From positions 104,346,001 through 104,410,000 of the forward strand of contig NC_043006.1 in assembly GCF_006345805.1 (NCBI RefSeq): a stretch of DNA of 64,000 nucleotides, read 5' to 3'. The translations under genes and the position numbers were made by a program. The notes beneath the pieces are model-generated. The model searched no databases. It had not been told where the DNA came from and saw nothing but the letters and a program-made list of their open reading frames with translations. The first letter of the stretch is position 1, and the number at the start of each line of letters is the position of its first letter. This document shows positions 14,407 to 29,879 of the stretch, one piece after another. This DNA is from Octopus sinensis. Its lineage: Eukaryota.

Positions 14407-15405
14407 TGTTAATATAAAACTGTGCAATATCATCCACGAAACCCTATCCACGATATTTTAATCGTTTTTCATCCATTCACCATTACAAAGCGGCAGTTTT
14501 ACAATTTGAATGACGACGGCCATTCTTAGTTGTCTGTGGTTTCTATTATTTCACGAAATAAAATTATCCAATATCTAGATTCCCTCTTACCTTTTGGGGA
14601 TGGTTTTGTTGCGAATCTGATTGCATGTTTGTTTGTATGTGTGGGTGATTATGCATTGTTTTTGTTTACACACACACATACATAAATGTATGTGTGTGTG
14701 TATGTATGTATGTATGTATGTATGTATGTATGTATGTATGTATGTATGTATGTATGCATGCATGTATGTATGTATGTATGTATGTATGTATGCATGCATG
14801 CATGTATGTATGTATGTATTATGCATGCATGCATGTATGTATGTATGTATGTATGTATGTATAAATGTATGTGTGTGTGTGTATGTATGTATGTGTGTAT
14901 GTATGTATGTATGCATGTGTGTATGTATGTATGTATGTATGTATGTATATATGTTTGTATGTATGTATGTATGTATGTATGTATGCATGCATGCATGTAT
15001 GTATGTATGTATGTACGTATGTATGTATGTATGTATGTATGCATGCATGTATGTATGTATGTATGTATGTACGTATGTATGTATGTATGTATGTATGTAT
15101 GCATGCATGTATGTATGTATGTATGTATGTATGCATGCATGCATGTATGTATGTATGTATGCATGCATGCATGTATGTATGTATGTATGTACGTATGTAT
15201 GTATGTATGTATGTATGTATGTGTATGTATGTATGTATGTATGTATGTATGTATGCATGCATGCATGTATGTATGTATGTATGCATGCATGCATGTATGT
15301 ATGTATGCATGTATGTATGTATGTATGTATATATGTATGTGTGTGTATGTATGTATGTGTGTATGTATGTATGTATGTATGTATGTATGTATGTATGTAT
15401 GTATG

Positions 15406-15436
<31 letters not shown>

Positions 15437-16077
15437 GTATGTATGTATGTATGCATGCATGCATGTATGTATGTATGTATGCATGCATGCATGTATGTAT
15501 GTATGTATGTATGTATGTATATATGTATGTGTGTATGTATGTACGTATGTATGTATGTATGTATGTATGCATGCATGTATGTATGCATGCATGTATGTAT
15601 GTATGTATGTATGTATGTATGTATGTATGCATGCATGTATGTATGTATGCATGCATGTATGTATGTATATATGTATGCATGCATGTATGTATGCATGCAT
15701 GTATGTATGTATGTATGTATGTATGTATGTATGTATGCATGTATGTATGTATGTAGGTATGTATGTATGCATGCATGTATGTATGTATGTATGTATGTAT
15801 GTATGTGTGTATGTATGTATGTATGTGTGTATGTATGTATGTATGTATGTATGTATGTATGTATGTATGTATGTATGTATGTATGTATGTATGTGTGTAT
15901 GTATGTATGTATGTGTGTATGTATGTATGTATGTGTGTATGTATGTATGTATGTGTGTATGTATGTATGTATGTGTGCATGTATGTATGTATGTATATAT
16001 GTATGTATGTGTGTGTGTGTGTATGTATGTATGTGTGTATGTATGTATGTATGTATGTGTGTATGTATGTAAGTATG

Positions 16078-16108
<31 letters not shown>

Positions 16109-16547
16109 GTATGTATGTATGTATGCATGCATGTATGTATGTATGTATGCATGCATGCATGTATGTATGTATGTATGTATGTATGTATATATGTATGTGT
16201 GTATGTATGTATGTATGTATGTATATATGTATGTATGTATGCATGCATGTATGTATGTATGTATGTATGTATGCATGCATGTATGTATGTATGTATGTAT
16301 GTATGTATGCATGCATGTATGTATGCATGCATGCATGTATGTATGTATGCATGCATGTATGTATGTATGTATGTATGCATGCATGTATGTATGCATGCAT
16401 GTATGTATGTATGTATGTATGTATGTATGCATGCATGTATGTATGCATGCATGTATGTATGTATGTATGTATGTATGTATGTATGCATGCATGTATGTAT
16501 GCATGCATGTATGTATGTATGTATGTATGCATGCATGTATGTATGCA

Positions 16548-16835
16548 TTTCGGCTCATGATCGTAATGTTGTGAGTTCGATCCGGCGACGCGTGTGTCCT
16601 TGAGAGCAAGCACACTTTATTTCACGTTTGTATGCTCCAGTCCACTCAGCTGGCAAAAATGAGTTGTACTTGTATTTGCAAAGGGTCAGCCTGTATCTCT
16701 GTGTCCGCTGATTTTCCCCGAGAACTACGTTAAGGGTACACGTGTCTGTGGAATGCTCAGCCTTGCACGTTAATTTCACAAGCAAGCTGTTATGTTGATC
16801 GTATCAGCTGGGACCCTATCGTCGTAACCGGGAGG
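16548..16835 (+). mobile_element. 5'-clipped SINE (family C-type head and core with alternative tail) embedded in the satellite
   Basis: TTCGGCTCATGATCGTAA..GAGTTCGAT..CTCCAGTCCACTCAGCTGGCAAAAATGAG, then tail ..CCCCGAGAACTACGTTAAGGGTACAC..GTCGTAACCG. Confidence 0.85.
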
Positions 16836-17848
16836 ATGAAGAGGATGAGAGAGAGATGTATGCATGCATGTATGTAGTATGTATGCATGCATGTATGTAT
16901 GTATGTATGTATGTATGCATGTATGTATGTATGTATGTATGCATGCATGTATGTATGTATGTATGTATGTATGTATGTGTGTATGTATGTATGTATGTGT
17001 GTATGTATGTATGTATGTATGTATGTATGTATGTTTGTATGTATGTATGTATGTATGTATGCATGCATGCATGTATGTATGTATGTATGTACGTATGTAT
17101 GTATGTATGTATGTATGTATGCATGCATGTATGCATGTATGTGTGTGTGTATGTATGTATGTGTGTATGTATGTATGTATGTATGTGTGTATGTATGTAT
17201 GTATGTATGTATGTATGTTTGTATGTATGTATGTATGTATGTATGCATGCATGCATGTATGTATGTATGTATGTACGTATGTATGTATGTATGTATGTAT
17301 GGTGTATGTATGTATGTTATATGTATGTGTGTGTGTGTATGTATGTATGGTGTATGTATGTATGTATGTATGTGTGTATGTATGGTATGTATGTATGTAT
17401 GTTGTTGTATGTATGTATGTATGTATGTATGCATGCATGCATGTATGTATGTATGTATGTACGTATGTATGTAGTATGTATGTATGTATGCATGCATGTA
17501 TGTATGTATGTATGTATGTACGTATGTATGTATGTATGTATGTATGCATGCATGCATGTATGTATGTATGTATGTATGTATGTATGCATGCATGCATGTA
17601 TGTATGTATGTATGCATGCATGCATGTATGTATGTATGTATGTATGTATGTATGTATGTATGTATGTATGTGTGTATGTTTGTATGTATGTATGTATGTA
17701 TGCATGCATGCATGTATGTATGTATGTATGCAAGCATGCATGTATGTATGTATGTATGTATGTATGTATGTATATATGTATGTGTGTGTGTGTATGTATG
17801 TATGTGTGTATGTATGTATGTATGTATGTGTGTATGTATGTATGTATG

Positions 17849-17879
<31 letters not shown>

Positions 17880-20800
17880 GTATGTATGTATGTATGCATG
17901 CATGCATGTATGTATGTATGCATGCATGCATGTATGTATGTATGTATGTTGTATGTGTATGTATGTGTATGTATGTTGTGTGTATGTATGTATGTATGTA
18001 TGTATTGTATGTATGTATGCATGCATGTATGTATGTATGTATGTATGCATGCATGTTGTATGTATGTATTATGTATGTATGTATGTATGTATGTATGCAT
18101 GCATGTATGTATGCATGCATGTATGTATGTATGTATGCATGCATGTATGTATGTATGTATGTATGCATGCATGTATGTATGCATGCATGTATGTATGTAT
18201 GTATGTATGTATGTATGTATGTATGTATGTATGCATGCATGTATGTATGTATGTATGTATGTATGTATGTATGTATGTATGTATGTATGCATGCATGTAT
18301 GTATGCATGCATGTATGTATGTATGTATGTATGTATGTATGTATGTATGTATGCATGTATGTATGTATGTATGCATGCATGCATGTATGTATGTATGTAT
18401 GCATGCATGTATGTATGCATGCATGTATGTATGTATGTATGTATGTATGCATGTATGTATGTATGTATGTATGTATGCATGCATGTATGTATGTATGTAT
18501 GTATGTATGTGTGTATGTATGTATGTATGTATGTGTGTATGTATGTATGTATGTATGTATGTATGCATGTATGTATGTATGTATGTATGTATGTGTGTAT
18601 GTATGTATGTATGTGTGTATGTATGTATGTATGTGTGTATGTATGTATGTATGTGTGTATGTATGTATGTATGTGTGTATGTATGTATGTATGTATGTAT
18701 ATATGTATGTGTGTGTATGTATGTATGTGTGTATGTATGTATGTATGTATGTGTGTATGTATGTATGTATGTATGTATGTATGTATGTATGTATGTATGT
18801 ATGTATGTATGTATGTATGTATGTATGTATGTATGTATGTATGCATGCATGTATGTATGCATGCATGCATGTATGTATGTATGTATGCATGCATGTATGT
18901 ATGTATGTATGTATGTATGTATGTATGTATGATGTATGTATGTATGTTATGTATGTATGTATGCATGTATGTATGTATGTATGTATGTATGCATGCATGT
19001 ATGTATGTATGTATGTATGTATGTATGTATGTATGCATGTATGTATGTATGCATGCATGTATGTATGTATGTATGCATGTATGTATGTATGTATGTATGT
19101 ATGCATGCATGTATGTATGCATGCATGTATGTATGTATGTATGTATGTATGTATGTATGTATGTATGCATGCATGTATGTATGTATGTATGTATGTATGC
19201 ATGCATGTATGTATGCATGCATGTATGTATGTATGTATGTATGTATGTATGCATGCATGTATGTATGTATGTATGTATGTATGTATGTATGTATGCATGC
19301 ATGTATGTATGTATGTATGTATGCATGCATGTATGTATGTATGCATGTATGTATGTATGTATGTATGTATGTATGCATGCTGTATGTATGTATTGTATGT
19401 ATGCATGTATGTATGTATGTATGTATGCATGTATGTATGTATGCATGTATGTATGTATGTATGGTATGTATGTATGTATGTATGTATGCATGCATGTATG
19501 TATGTATGTATGTATGTATGCATGCATGCATGTATGTATGCATGCATGTATGTATGTATGTATGTATGTATGTATGTATGTATGCATGCATGTATGTAGG
19601 TATGTATGTATGTATGTATGTATGCATGTATGTATGTATGTATGTATGTATGTATGTATGCATGTATGTATGTATGTATGTATGTATGTATGTATGCATG
19701 CATGTATGTATGTATGTGTGTATGTATGTATGTATGTGTGTATGTATGTATGTATGTGTGTATGTATGTATGTGTGTATGTATGTATGTATGTATGTATG
19801 TGTGTATGTATGTATGTATGTATGCATGCATGTATGTATGTATGTATGTATGTGTGTATGTATGTATGTATGTGTGTATGTATGTATGTGTGTATGTATG
19901 TATGTATGTATGTATGTATGTATGTATGTATGTATGTGTGTATGTATGTATGTATGTTTGTATGTCTGTCTGTATGTATGTATGTATGTATGTACGTATG
20001 TATGTATGTATGTGTGTATGTATGTATGTATGTATGTATGTATGCATGCATGTATGTATGTATGTATGTATGCATGCATGCATGTATGTATGTATGTATG
20101 TATGTATGTATGTATGTATGTATGTGTGTATGTATGTATGTATGTGTGTATGTATGTATGTATGTATGTGTGTATGTATGTATGTATGTATGTATGTATG
20201 TATGTATGTATGTATGTATGTATGTATGTATGCATGCATGCATGTATGTATGTATGTATGTATGCATGCATGTATGTATGTATGTATGTATGTATGTATG
20301 TATGTATATATGTATGTGTGTATGTATGTATGTATGTATGTATGTATGTATGCATGCATGTATGTATGTATGTATGTATGCATGCATGTATGTATGTATT
20401 ATGTATGTATGTATGTATGCATGCATGTATGTATGTATGTATGTATGTATGTATGTATGCATGCATGTATGTATGTATGTATGTATGCATGCATGTATGT
20501 ATGCATGCATGTATGTATGTATGTATGTATGTATGTATGTATGTATGTATGTATGTATGTATGTATGTATGTATGTATGTATGTATGCATGCATGTATGT
20601 ATGTATGCATGCATGTATGTATGTATGTATGTATGTATGGTATGCATGCATGTATGTATGTATGTATGCATGCATGTATGTATGTATGTATGTATGCATG
20701 TATGTATGTATGCATGTATGTATGTATGTATGTATGTATGCATGTATGTATGCATGTATGTATGTATGTATGTATGCATGTATGTATGTATGTATGTATG

Positions 20801-21625
20801 TATGTATGTGTGTGTGTATGTATGTATGTATGTGAGTATGTATGTATGTATGTATGTATGTATGCATGTATGTATGTAGGTATGTATGTATGTATGTGTG
20901 TATGTATGTATGTATGTGTGTATGTATGTATGTATGTATGTATGTATGTATGTATGTGTTGTATGTATGTATGTATGTGTGTAGTATGTATGTATGTATG
21001 TATGTATGTGATGTATGTATGTATGTATGTGTGTATGTATGTATGTATGTATGTGTGCATGTATGTGGTATGTATGTAGTATGTATGTGTGTGTGTGTGT
21101 ATGTATGTTGTGTGTATGTATGTATGTATGTATGTATGTATGTATGTAGGTATGTATGTATGTATGTATGTATGTATGATGTATGTAGTATGTTTGTATG
21201 TATGCATGCATGTATGTATGTATGTATGCATGCATGCATGTATGTATGTATGTATGTATGTATGTATGTATATATGTATGTGGTATGTAGTATGTATGTA
21301 TGTATATATGTATGTATGTATGCATGCAGTATGTATGTATGTATGTATGTATGCATGCATGTATGTATGATGTATGTATGTATGTATGCATGCATGTATG
21401 TATGCATGCATGCATGTATGTATGTATGCATGCATGTATGTATGTATGTATGTATGCATGCATGTATGTATGCATGCATGTATGTATGTATGTATGTATG
21501 TATGTATGCATGCATGTATGTATGTATGTATGTATGGATGTATGTATGTATGTATGTATGTATGCATGCATGTAGTATGCATGCATGTAGGTATGTATGT
21601 ATGTATGCATGCATGTATGTATGCA

Positions 21626-21905
21626 TTTCGGCTCATGATGTAAGGTGTGAGTTCGATTCCCGGCGGACGCGTTGTGTCCTGAGCAGACACTTTATTTCAC
21701 GTTGTCAGTCCACCCGCTGGCAAAAATGTTTTGTACTTGTATTTCAAAGGGTCATGCCCTGTCACTCCTGTGTCACGCTGATTTTCCCCGAGAACTACGT
21801 TAAGGGTACACGTGTATGTGGAAGATCAGCCATTGCACGTTAATTTCACAAGCAAGCTGTTCCGTTGATGTATCAGCTGGGACCCTATCGTCGTAACAGG
21901 CAAGG
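21626..21905 (+). mobile_element. Second copy of the same SINE insertion (duplicated with its flanks)
   Basis: Same left junction TATGCATGCATGTATGTATGCATTTCGGCTCATGAT and same (GA)n right junction as the 16548 copy; differs mainly by 1-2 nt indels. Confidence 0.85.
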
Positions 21906-23859
21906 AAGAGAGAGAGATGTAGAGAGATGTTATGCCTGCATGTATGTATGTATGTATGCATGTGTATGTATGTATGTATGTATGTATGTATGCATGTATG
22001 TATTGTATGTATGTATGTTGCATGTATGTATGTATGTATGTTATGTATGTATGTGTGTATGATGTATGTATTATGTGTGTATGTATGTATGTATGTATGT
22101 ATGTATGTATGTATGTGGTATGTATGTATGTATGTAGTATGCATGCATGCATGTATGTATGTATGTATGTACGTATGTATGTATGTATGTATGTATGTAT
22201 GCATGCATGTATGCATGTATGTGTGTGTGTATGTATGTATAGTGTATGTATGTATGTATGTATGTATGGTGTATGTATGTATGTATGTATGTATGTATGT
22301 TGTATGTATGTATGTATGTATGTATGCATGCATGTATGTATGTATGTATGTATGTACGTATGTATGTATGTATGTATGTATGTATGTATGTATGTATGTA
22401 TATATGTATGTGTGTGGTGTATGTATGTATGTGTGTATGTATGTATGTATGTATGTGGTGTGTATGTATGTAGGTATGTATGTATGTTGTATGTATGTAG
22501 TATGTATGTATGTATGCATGCATGCATGTATGTATGTATGTATGTATGTATGTATGTATGTATGTATGTATGTATGCATGCATGTATGTATGTATGTATG
22601 TATGCTGTATGTATGTATGTATGTATGTATGCATGCATGCATGTATGTATGTATGTATGTATGTATGTATGCATGCATGCAGGATGTATGTATGTATGCA
22701 TGCATGTATGTATGTATGTATGTATGTATGTATGTATGTATGTATGTATTGTATGTGTGTATGTTTGTATGTATGTATGTATGTATGCATGCATGTATGT
22801 ATTGTATGTATGTATGCAAGCATGCATGTATGTATGTAGTATGTATGTATGTATGTATATATGTATGTGTGGTGTGTGTATGTATGTATGTATGTATGTA
22901 TGTATGTATGTATGGTGTATGTATGTATGTATGTATGTTATGTATGTATGTAGTATGTATGTATGTATGTATGTATGTATGCATGCATGATGTATGTATG
23001 TATGCATGCATGCATGTATGTATGTATGTATGTATGTATGTATGTATATATGTATGTATGTATGTAGTATGTATGTATGTATGTTTGTATGTATGTATGC
23101 ATGATGTATGTATGTATGTATGTATGTATGCATGTATGTATGTATTATGTATGTATGTATGTATGTATGTATGCATGCATGTATGTATGCATGCATGTAT
23201 GTATGTATGTATGTCATGCATGTATGTATGTATGTATGTATGTATGCATGTATGTATGCATGTATGTATGTATGTATGTGTGTATGTTATGTATGTATGT
23301 ATGTATGTATGTATGCATGCATGTATGTTATGTATGTATGTATGTATGTATGTGATGTATGTATGTATGTATGCATGCATGATGTATGCATGCATGTATG
23401 TATGTATGTATGTATGTATGTATGTTATGTATGTATGTATGTAGGTATGTATGTATGCATGCATGCATGTATGTATGTATGTATGCATGATGTATGTATG
23501 TATGTATGTAGTATGCATGTATGTATGTATGCATGTTGATGTATGTATGTATGTATGCATGCATGTATGTATGTATGTATGTATGTATGTGTGTATGTAT
23601 GTATGTATGTGGTGTGTATGTATGTATGTATGTATGTATGTATGCATGTATGTATGTGTATGTATGTATGTATGTGTGTATGTATGTATGTATGTGTGTA
23701 TGTATGTATGTATGTGTGTATGTATGTATGTATGTGTGTATGTATGTATGATGTGTGTATGTATGTATGTATGTATGTATATATGTATGTGTGTGTATGT
23801 ATGTATGTGTGTATGTATGTATGTATGTATGTGTGTTTGTATGTATGTATGTATGCATG

Positions 23860-23890
<31 letters not shown>

Positions 23891-26591
23891 GTATGTATGC
23901 ATGTATGTATGTATGTATGTATGCATGCATGTATGTATGCATGCATGCATGTATGTATGTATGCATGCATGCATGTATGTATGTATGATGTATGTATATA
24001 TGTATGTGTGTGTATGTATGTATGTATGTATGTATGTATGCATGTATGTATGTATGTATGTATGTATGCATGCATGTATGTATGTATGTATGTATGTATG
24101 ATGTATGTATGCATGTTGTATGTATGCATGCATGTATGTATGTATGTATGCATGTATGTATGTTGTATGTATGTATGCATGCATGTAGTATGCATGCATG
24201 TATGTATGTGGTATGTATGTATGTATGTATGTAGTATGCATGCATGTATGTATGTATGGTATGTATGTATGTATGTATGCATGTTGTATGTATGCATGCA
24301 TGTATGTATGTATGTATGTATGTATGTATGCATGCATGTATGTATGTATGTATGTATGTATGTATGTATGTATGCATGCATGTATGTATGTATGTATGAT
24401 GCATGCATGTTGTATGCATGCATGTATGTATGTATGTATGTATGTATGTAGCATGCATGTATGTATGTATATATGTATGCATGCATGTATGTATGTATGT
24501 ATGTATGCATGCATGTATGTATGCATGTATGTATGTATGTATGTATGTATGTATGTATGTATGTATGCATGCATGTATTGTATGTATGTATGTATGTATG
24601 CATGCATGCATGTATGTATGTATGCATGTATGTTATGTATGTATGTATGTATGTAGTATGTATGCTGCATGTATGTATGGTATGTATGTATGTATGTATG
24701 TATGCATGTATGTATGTATGTATGTATGTATGTATGTATGCATGTATGTATTAGTATGTATGTATGTATGTATGCATGATGTATGTATGTATGTGTGTAT
24801 GTATGCATGTATGTGTGTATGTATGTATGTATGGTATGTATGTATTGTATGTGTGTATTGTATGTATGTATGTATGTATGTATGTGTGTATGTATGTATG
24901 TATGTATGCATGCATGTATGTATGTATGTATGTATGTGTTGTATGTATGTATGTATGTGATGTATGTATGTATGTGGTATGTATGTATGTATGTGTGTAT
25001 GTATGTATGTATGTATGTATGTGTTGTGTATGTATGTGTGTATGTTTGTATGTCTGTCTGTATGTATGTATGTATGTATGTGTGTATGTATGTATGTATG
25101 TATGTATGTATGTTGTATGTATGTAGTATGTATGCATGCATGCATGTATGTATGTATGTATGCATGCATGCATGTATGTATGTATGTATGTATGTAGTAG
25201 TATGTATGTATGTGTGTGTGTATGTAGTATGTGTGTATGTAGTATGTATGTATGTGTGTATGTATGTATTGTATGTATGTATGTATGATGTATGTATGTA
25301 TGTATTGTATGTATGTATGTATGTATGCATGTAGGTATGTATGTAGCATGCATGTATGTATGTATGTATGTTGTTATGTATGTATGTATGTATATGATGT
25401 ATGTGTGTATGTATGTAGTATGTATGTATGTATGTATGCATGCATGTATGTATGTATGTATGTATGATGCATGTATGTATGTATTATGTATGTATGTATG
25501 TATGTATGTATGTATGTATGCATGCATGTATGTATGTATGTATGCATGCAATGTATGTATGTATGTATGTATGTATGTATGTATGTATGTCATGCATGTA
25601 TGTATGTATGTATGTATGTATGTATGGATGTATGTATGTATGCATGCATGTATGTATGTATGTAGGTATGTATGTATGCATGCATGTAGTATGTATGTAT
25701 GCATGTATTGTATGTATGTATGTATGTATGTTGTGCATGCCTGTATGTATGTATGTATGTATGTATGTATGTATGTATGTATTATGTATGCATGTATGTA
25801 TGCATGCATGTATGTATGTAGTATGTATGCATGTTGATGCATGTATGTATGTATGTATGCATGCATGTATGTATGTATGTATGTATTATGTATGTATGTG
25901 TTATGTATGTATGTATGTGAGTATGTATTATGTATGTATGTATGATGCATGTATGTATGTAGGTATGTATGTATGTATGTGTGTATGTATGTATGTATGT
26001 GTATGTATGTATATATGTATGTGTTTGTGTGTATGTATGTATGCATGTGTGTATGTATGTAGTATGTGTGTATGTATGTATGTATGTGTGTATGTATGGA
26101 TGTATGTATGTATGTATATATGTATGTGGTATGTATGTATGTGTGTATGGTGTATGTATGATGTATGTATGTATGTATGATGTATGTATGTATGTTGTTG
26201 TATGTATGTATGTATGTATGTAAGTATGTATGCATGTATGTATGTATGTATGTATGTATGTATGCATGCATGCATTATGTATGTATGTATGTATGCATGC
26301 ATGAATGTATGTATGTATGTATGTATGTATATATGTATGTATGTATGTATTGTATGTATGTATGTATGTATGTATGTATGCATGCATGTATGTATGTATG
26401 ATGTATGTATGCATGCATGTATGTATGTATGTATGTAGTTGTATGCATGCATGTATGTATGCATGCATGTATGTATGTATGTATGCATGCATGTATGTAT
26501 GTATGTATGTGTGTATGTATGTATGTATGTGTATATGTTTGTATGTATGTGTGTATGTATGTATGTGTGTATGTATGTATGTATGTATGTA

Positions 26592-26622
<31 letters not shown>

Positions 26623-28752
26623 GTATGTATGTATGTATGTATGTATGTGTGTATGTATGTATGTAAGTATGTATGTGTGTATGTATGTATGTATGTGTGT
26701 ATGTTTGTATGTATGTGTGTATGTATGTATGTGTGTATGTATGTATGATGTATGTATGTATGTATGCATGCATGTATGTATGTATGTATGTATGTATGTA
26801 TGTATGCATGTATGTATTATGTATGTATGTATGTATGTATGCATGTATGTATGTATGTATGTATGTATGTATGTATGTATGCATGCATGTATGTATGCAT
26901 GCATGTATGTATGTATGTATGTATGTATGTATGTATGTATGTATGCATGTATGTATGTATGTATGTATGTATGTATGTATGCATGCATGTATGTATGTAT
27001 GTATGTATGCATGCATGTATGTATGTATGTATGTATGCATGTATGTATGTATGCATGTATGTATGTATGTATGTATGTATGTATGTATGTATGCATGCAT
27101 GTATGTATGTATGTATGTATGTATGCATGTATGTATGTATGTATGTATGCATGCATGTATGTATGCATGTATGTATGTATGTATGTATGTATGTATGTAT
27201 GTATGTATGCATGCATGTATGTATGTATGTATGTATGTATGTATGTATGCATGCATGTATGTATGTATGTATGCATGTATGTATGTATGTATGTATGTAT
27301 GTATGTATGTATGTATGCATGCATGCATGTATGTATGTATGTATGTATGCATGTATGTATGTATGTATGTATGCATGCATGTATGTATGTATGTATGTAT
27401 GTATGTATGCATGCATGCATGTATGTATGTTATGTATGCATGCATGCATGTATGTATGTATGTATGTATGTATGTATGTATGTTATATGTATGTGTGTGT
27501 GTGTTATGTATGTATGTAGATGTATGTGTGTATATGTATGTATGTATGTATGTTGTTTGTATGTATGTATGTATGTATGTATGTGTGTATGTATGTATGT
27601 ATGTATGTATGTGTATGTGTGTATGTTGTATGTATGTGTGTATGTATGTATGTATGTATGTATGTATGTATGTATGTGTGTATGTATGTATGTATGTGTG
27701 TATGTTGTATGTATGTATGTATGTATGTATGTATATATGTATGTATATGTGTGTATGTATGTATGTATGTGTGTATGTATGTATGTATGTATGTATGTAT
27801 GTGTGTATGTATGTATGTATGTTTGTATGTCTGTCTGTATGTATGTATGTATGTATGTGATGTATGTATGTATGTATGTGTGTATGTATGTATGTATGTA
27901 TGTATGTGTGTATGTATGTATGTATGTTGTATGTCTGTCTGTATGTATGTATGTATGTATGTATGTGTGTATGTATGTATGTATGTATGTATGTGTGTAT
28001 GTATGTATGTATGTTTGTATGTATGTATGTATGTATGTATGTATGTATGTATGTATGTGTGTATGTATGTATGTATTTTTGTATGTCTGTCTGTATGTAT
28101 GTATGTATGTATGTATGTGTGTATGTATGTATGTATATATGTATGTATGTATGAGTGTGTATATGTGTGTATAAGGAATTACATTGGTGATTTTGTATTC
28201 TTTATATTGTATGCGGGTTCGCCATTGTGTGATTTGTGTGTGTGTGTCTGTTCGTCTGTGAGTGTATGTAGGTGGCATGCGTATATATATATATGTATGT
28301 ATTTATATATGCAGATAGAAATGTATATATATAAAAATGTGCATGCGTATATAAATATATATATAATATTATGCGTGTGTGAGTGTGTGTAATTATACAT
28401 ATATACACATATATAGTCATGTGAATATATATATATATACACGTGTGTGCTTGTGTGTGTGTGTGTGTGTGTGTGCGTGTGTATGCGTGCGGTAGTGTGT
28501 GTGCATATACAGATATGGTCGAACGTATGAGTTAATTATTGAGAAGTTTGCCTGGCAGCTGTCCCGAGCAGTCAGCTTAGGTCCAACTGCATGCCCACTT
28601 GGATAAGGGCCTCTGCAATACGTTTCAATCGATGAATCCTTACGAGTGAAAATAGAAACTCACAACCTGTTACATAGAATGCACCTGTAATTCGAGGATA
28701 TAGCTTTGTCACTCTTGTGTCATACTAATTCAAATGAAATAATATAAGCTAT

Positions 28753-29262
28753 CGGAGGCGCAATGGCCTAGTGGCTAGAGTAGCGGAATCGCGGTCGTTG
28801 GATCCGGTTTCGATTCCCAGACCGGGCATTGTCAGTGTTTATTGAGCGAAAACACCCAAAGTTCCACGAGGCTCCGGCAGGGGGTGGTGGTGAACATTGC
28901 TGTACTCTTCCACCACAACTTTCTCTCACTCTTTCTTCCTGTTTCTGTTGTACTGTATTTCGAAGGGCCAGCCTTGTCACACTCTGTGTCACGCTGAATC
29001 TCCCCGAGGACTACGTTAAGGGTACACATGTCTGTGGAGTGCTCAGCCACTTGCACGTTAATAAATGAGCTGCGATGTCACAGGTGCCTAGCTGTATCGG
29101 CCCCCTTGCATTTCCCTTGGATATTATCGGTGGCGTGGAGAGGGGAGGCTGGTATGCGTGGACGACTGCTGGTCTTCCATAAACAACCTTGCCCGGACTT
29201 GTGCCTGGGAGGGTAACTTTCTAGGTGCAATCCCATGACCAGTCATGACCGAAGGGAGTCTC

Positions 29263-29263
<1 letters not shown>
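28753..29263 (+). mobile_element. Composite family B SINE carrying two consecutive tail modules (duplicate at ~30483-30987)
   Basis: B head, then the tail seen at 16660-16775, then from ~29062 the tail seen at 46985-47178 (minus strand). Confidence 0.85.
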
Positions 29264-29335
<72 letters not shown>

Positions 29336-29667
29336 TCTTGTATCTTTTTACATTTCCTTTTATTCTTTTATGTGTTTCAGCCACAAGGTTGTGGCCATGG
29401 TAGGGTACCACCAGGTTTATCACCGAAGGGAGACGTTATAGTAACTAGGTTTCCAAGCAGTCGGAATTATAGGTACTGCTAACTAGGCCCGACGTTGCTA
29501 ACTCTAGTGATCGAAGGCGAACCGGTGCATTCAATGTGAATTGGCCGTAAGCTATACACACACACACAAACACACACACACACACTCACATACACACACA
29601 CACGCATATTTATATATACGTATATAAGAAAATGAGATGACAAAGGAATAAATTATCAACTTCCATT

Positions 29668-29749
29668 AGTTTACAGCTGTTTCCGCAGTAAGATGCAGGT
29701 ACTTCTATCTGAGTACCTGCATAACACCTTATAGCTTCATCGGAGCCTC
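29668..29749 (-). ncRNA. Hammerhead-like motif with long stem II (duplicate at 31374-31455)
   Basis: GGCT-CCGATGA-AGC..TAAG..ATGCAGGTACT/AGTACCTGCAT CTTA..GCG-GAAAC AGCT GTA-AACT; palindromic stem III ACAGCTGT. Confidence 0.55.
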
Positions 29750-29815
29750 AAATATATATATATATACATACATCATACATATATACATACATACATACGT
29801 GTGTGTATGTATGTG

Positions 29816-29879
<64 letters not shown>

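Larger units (their letters stand above)
14686..28150. repeat. ~13.5 kb (TATG)n simple satellite with CATG/TGTG/TACG variants and higher-order duplication
   Basis: Direct reading; interrupted only by two copies of the same SINE island. Confidence 0.98.

Noticed and set aside
14686-28150. CRISPR-like repeat/spacer or telomeric array
   Set aside because: No constant repeat with unique spacers, eukaryotic context, and the unit is not a TTAGGG-type repeat.
14587-28392. Very long ORFs (up to 1457 aa) of YVCM/HTYI repeats
   Set aside because: Translations of (TATG)n, which lacks stop codons in all six frames; no evidence of coding function.
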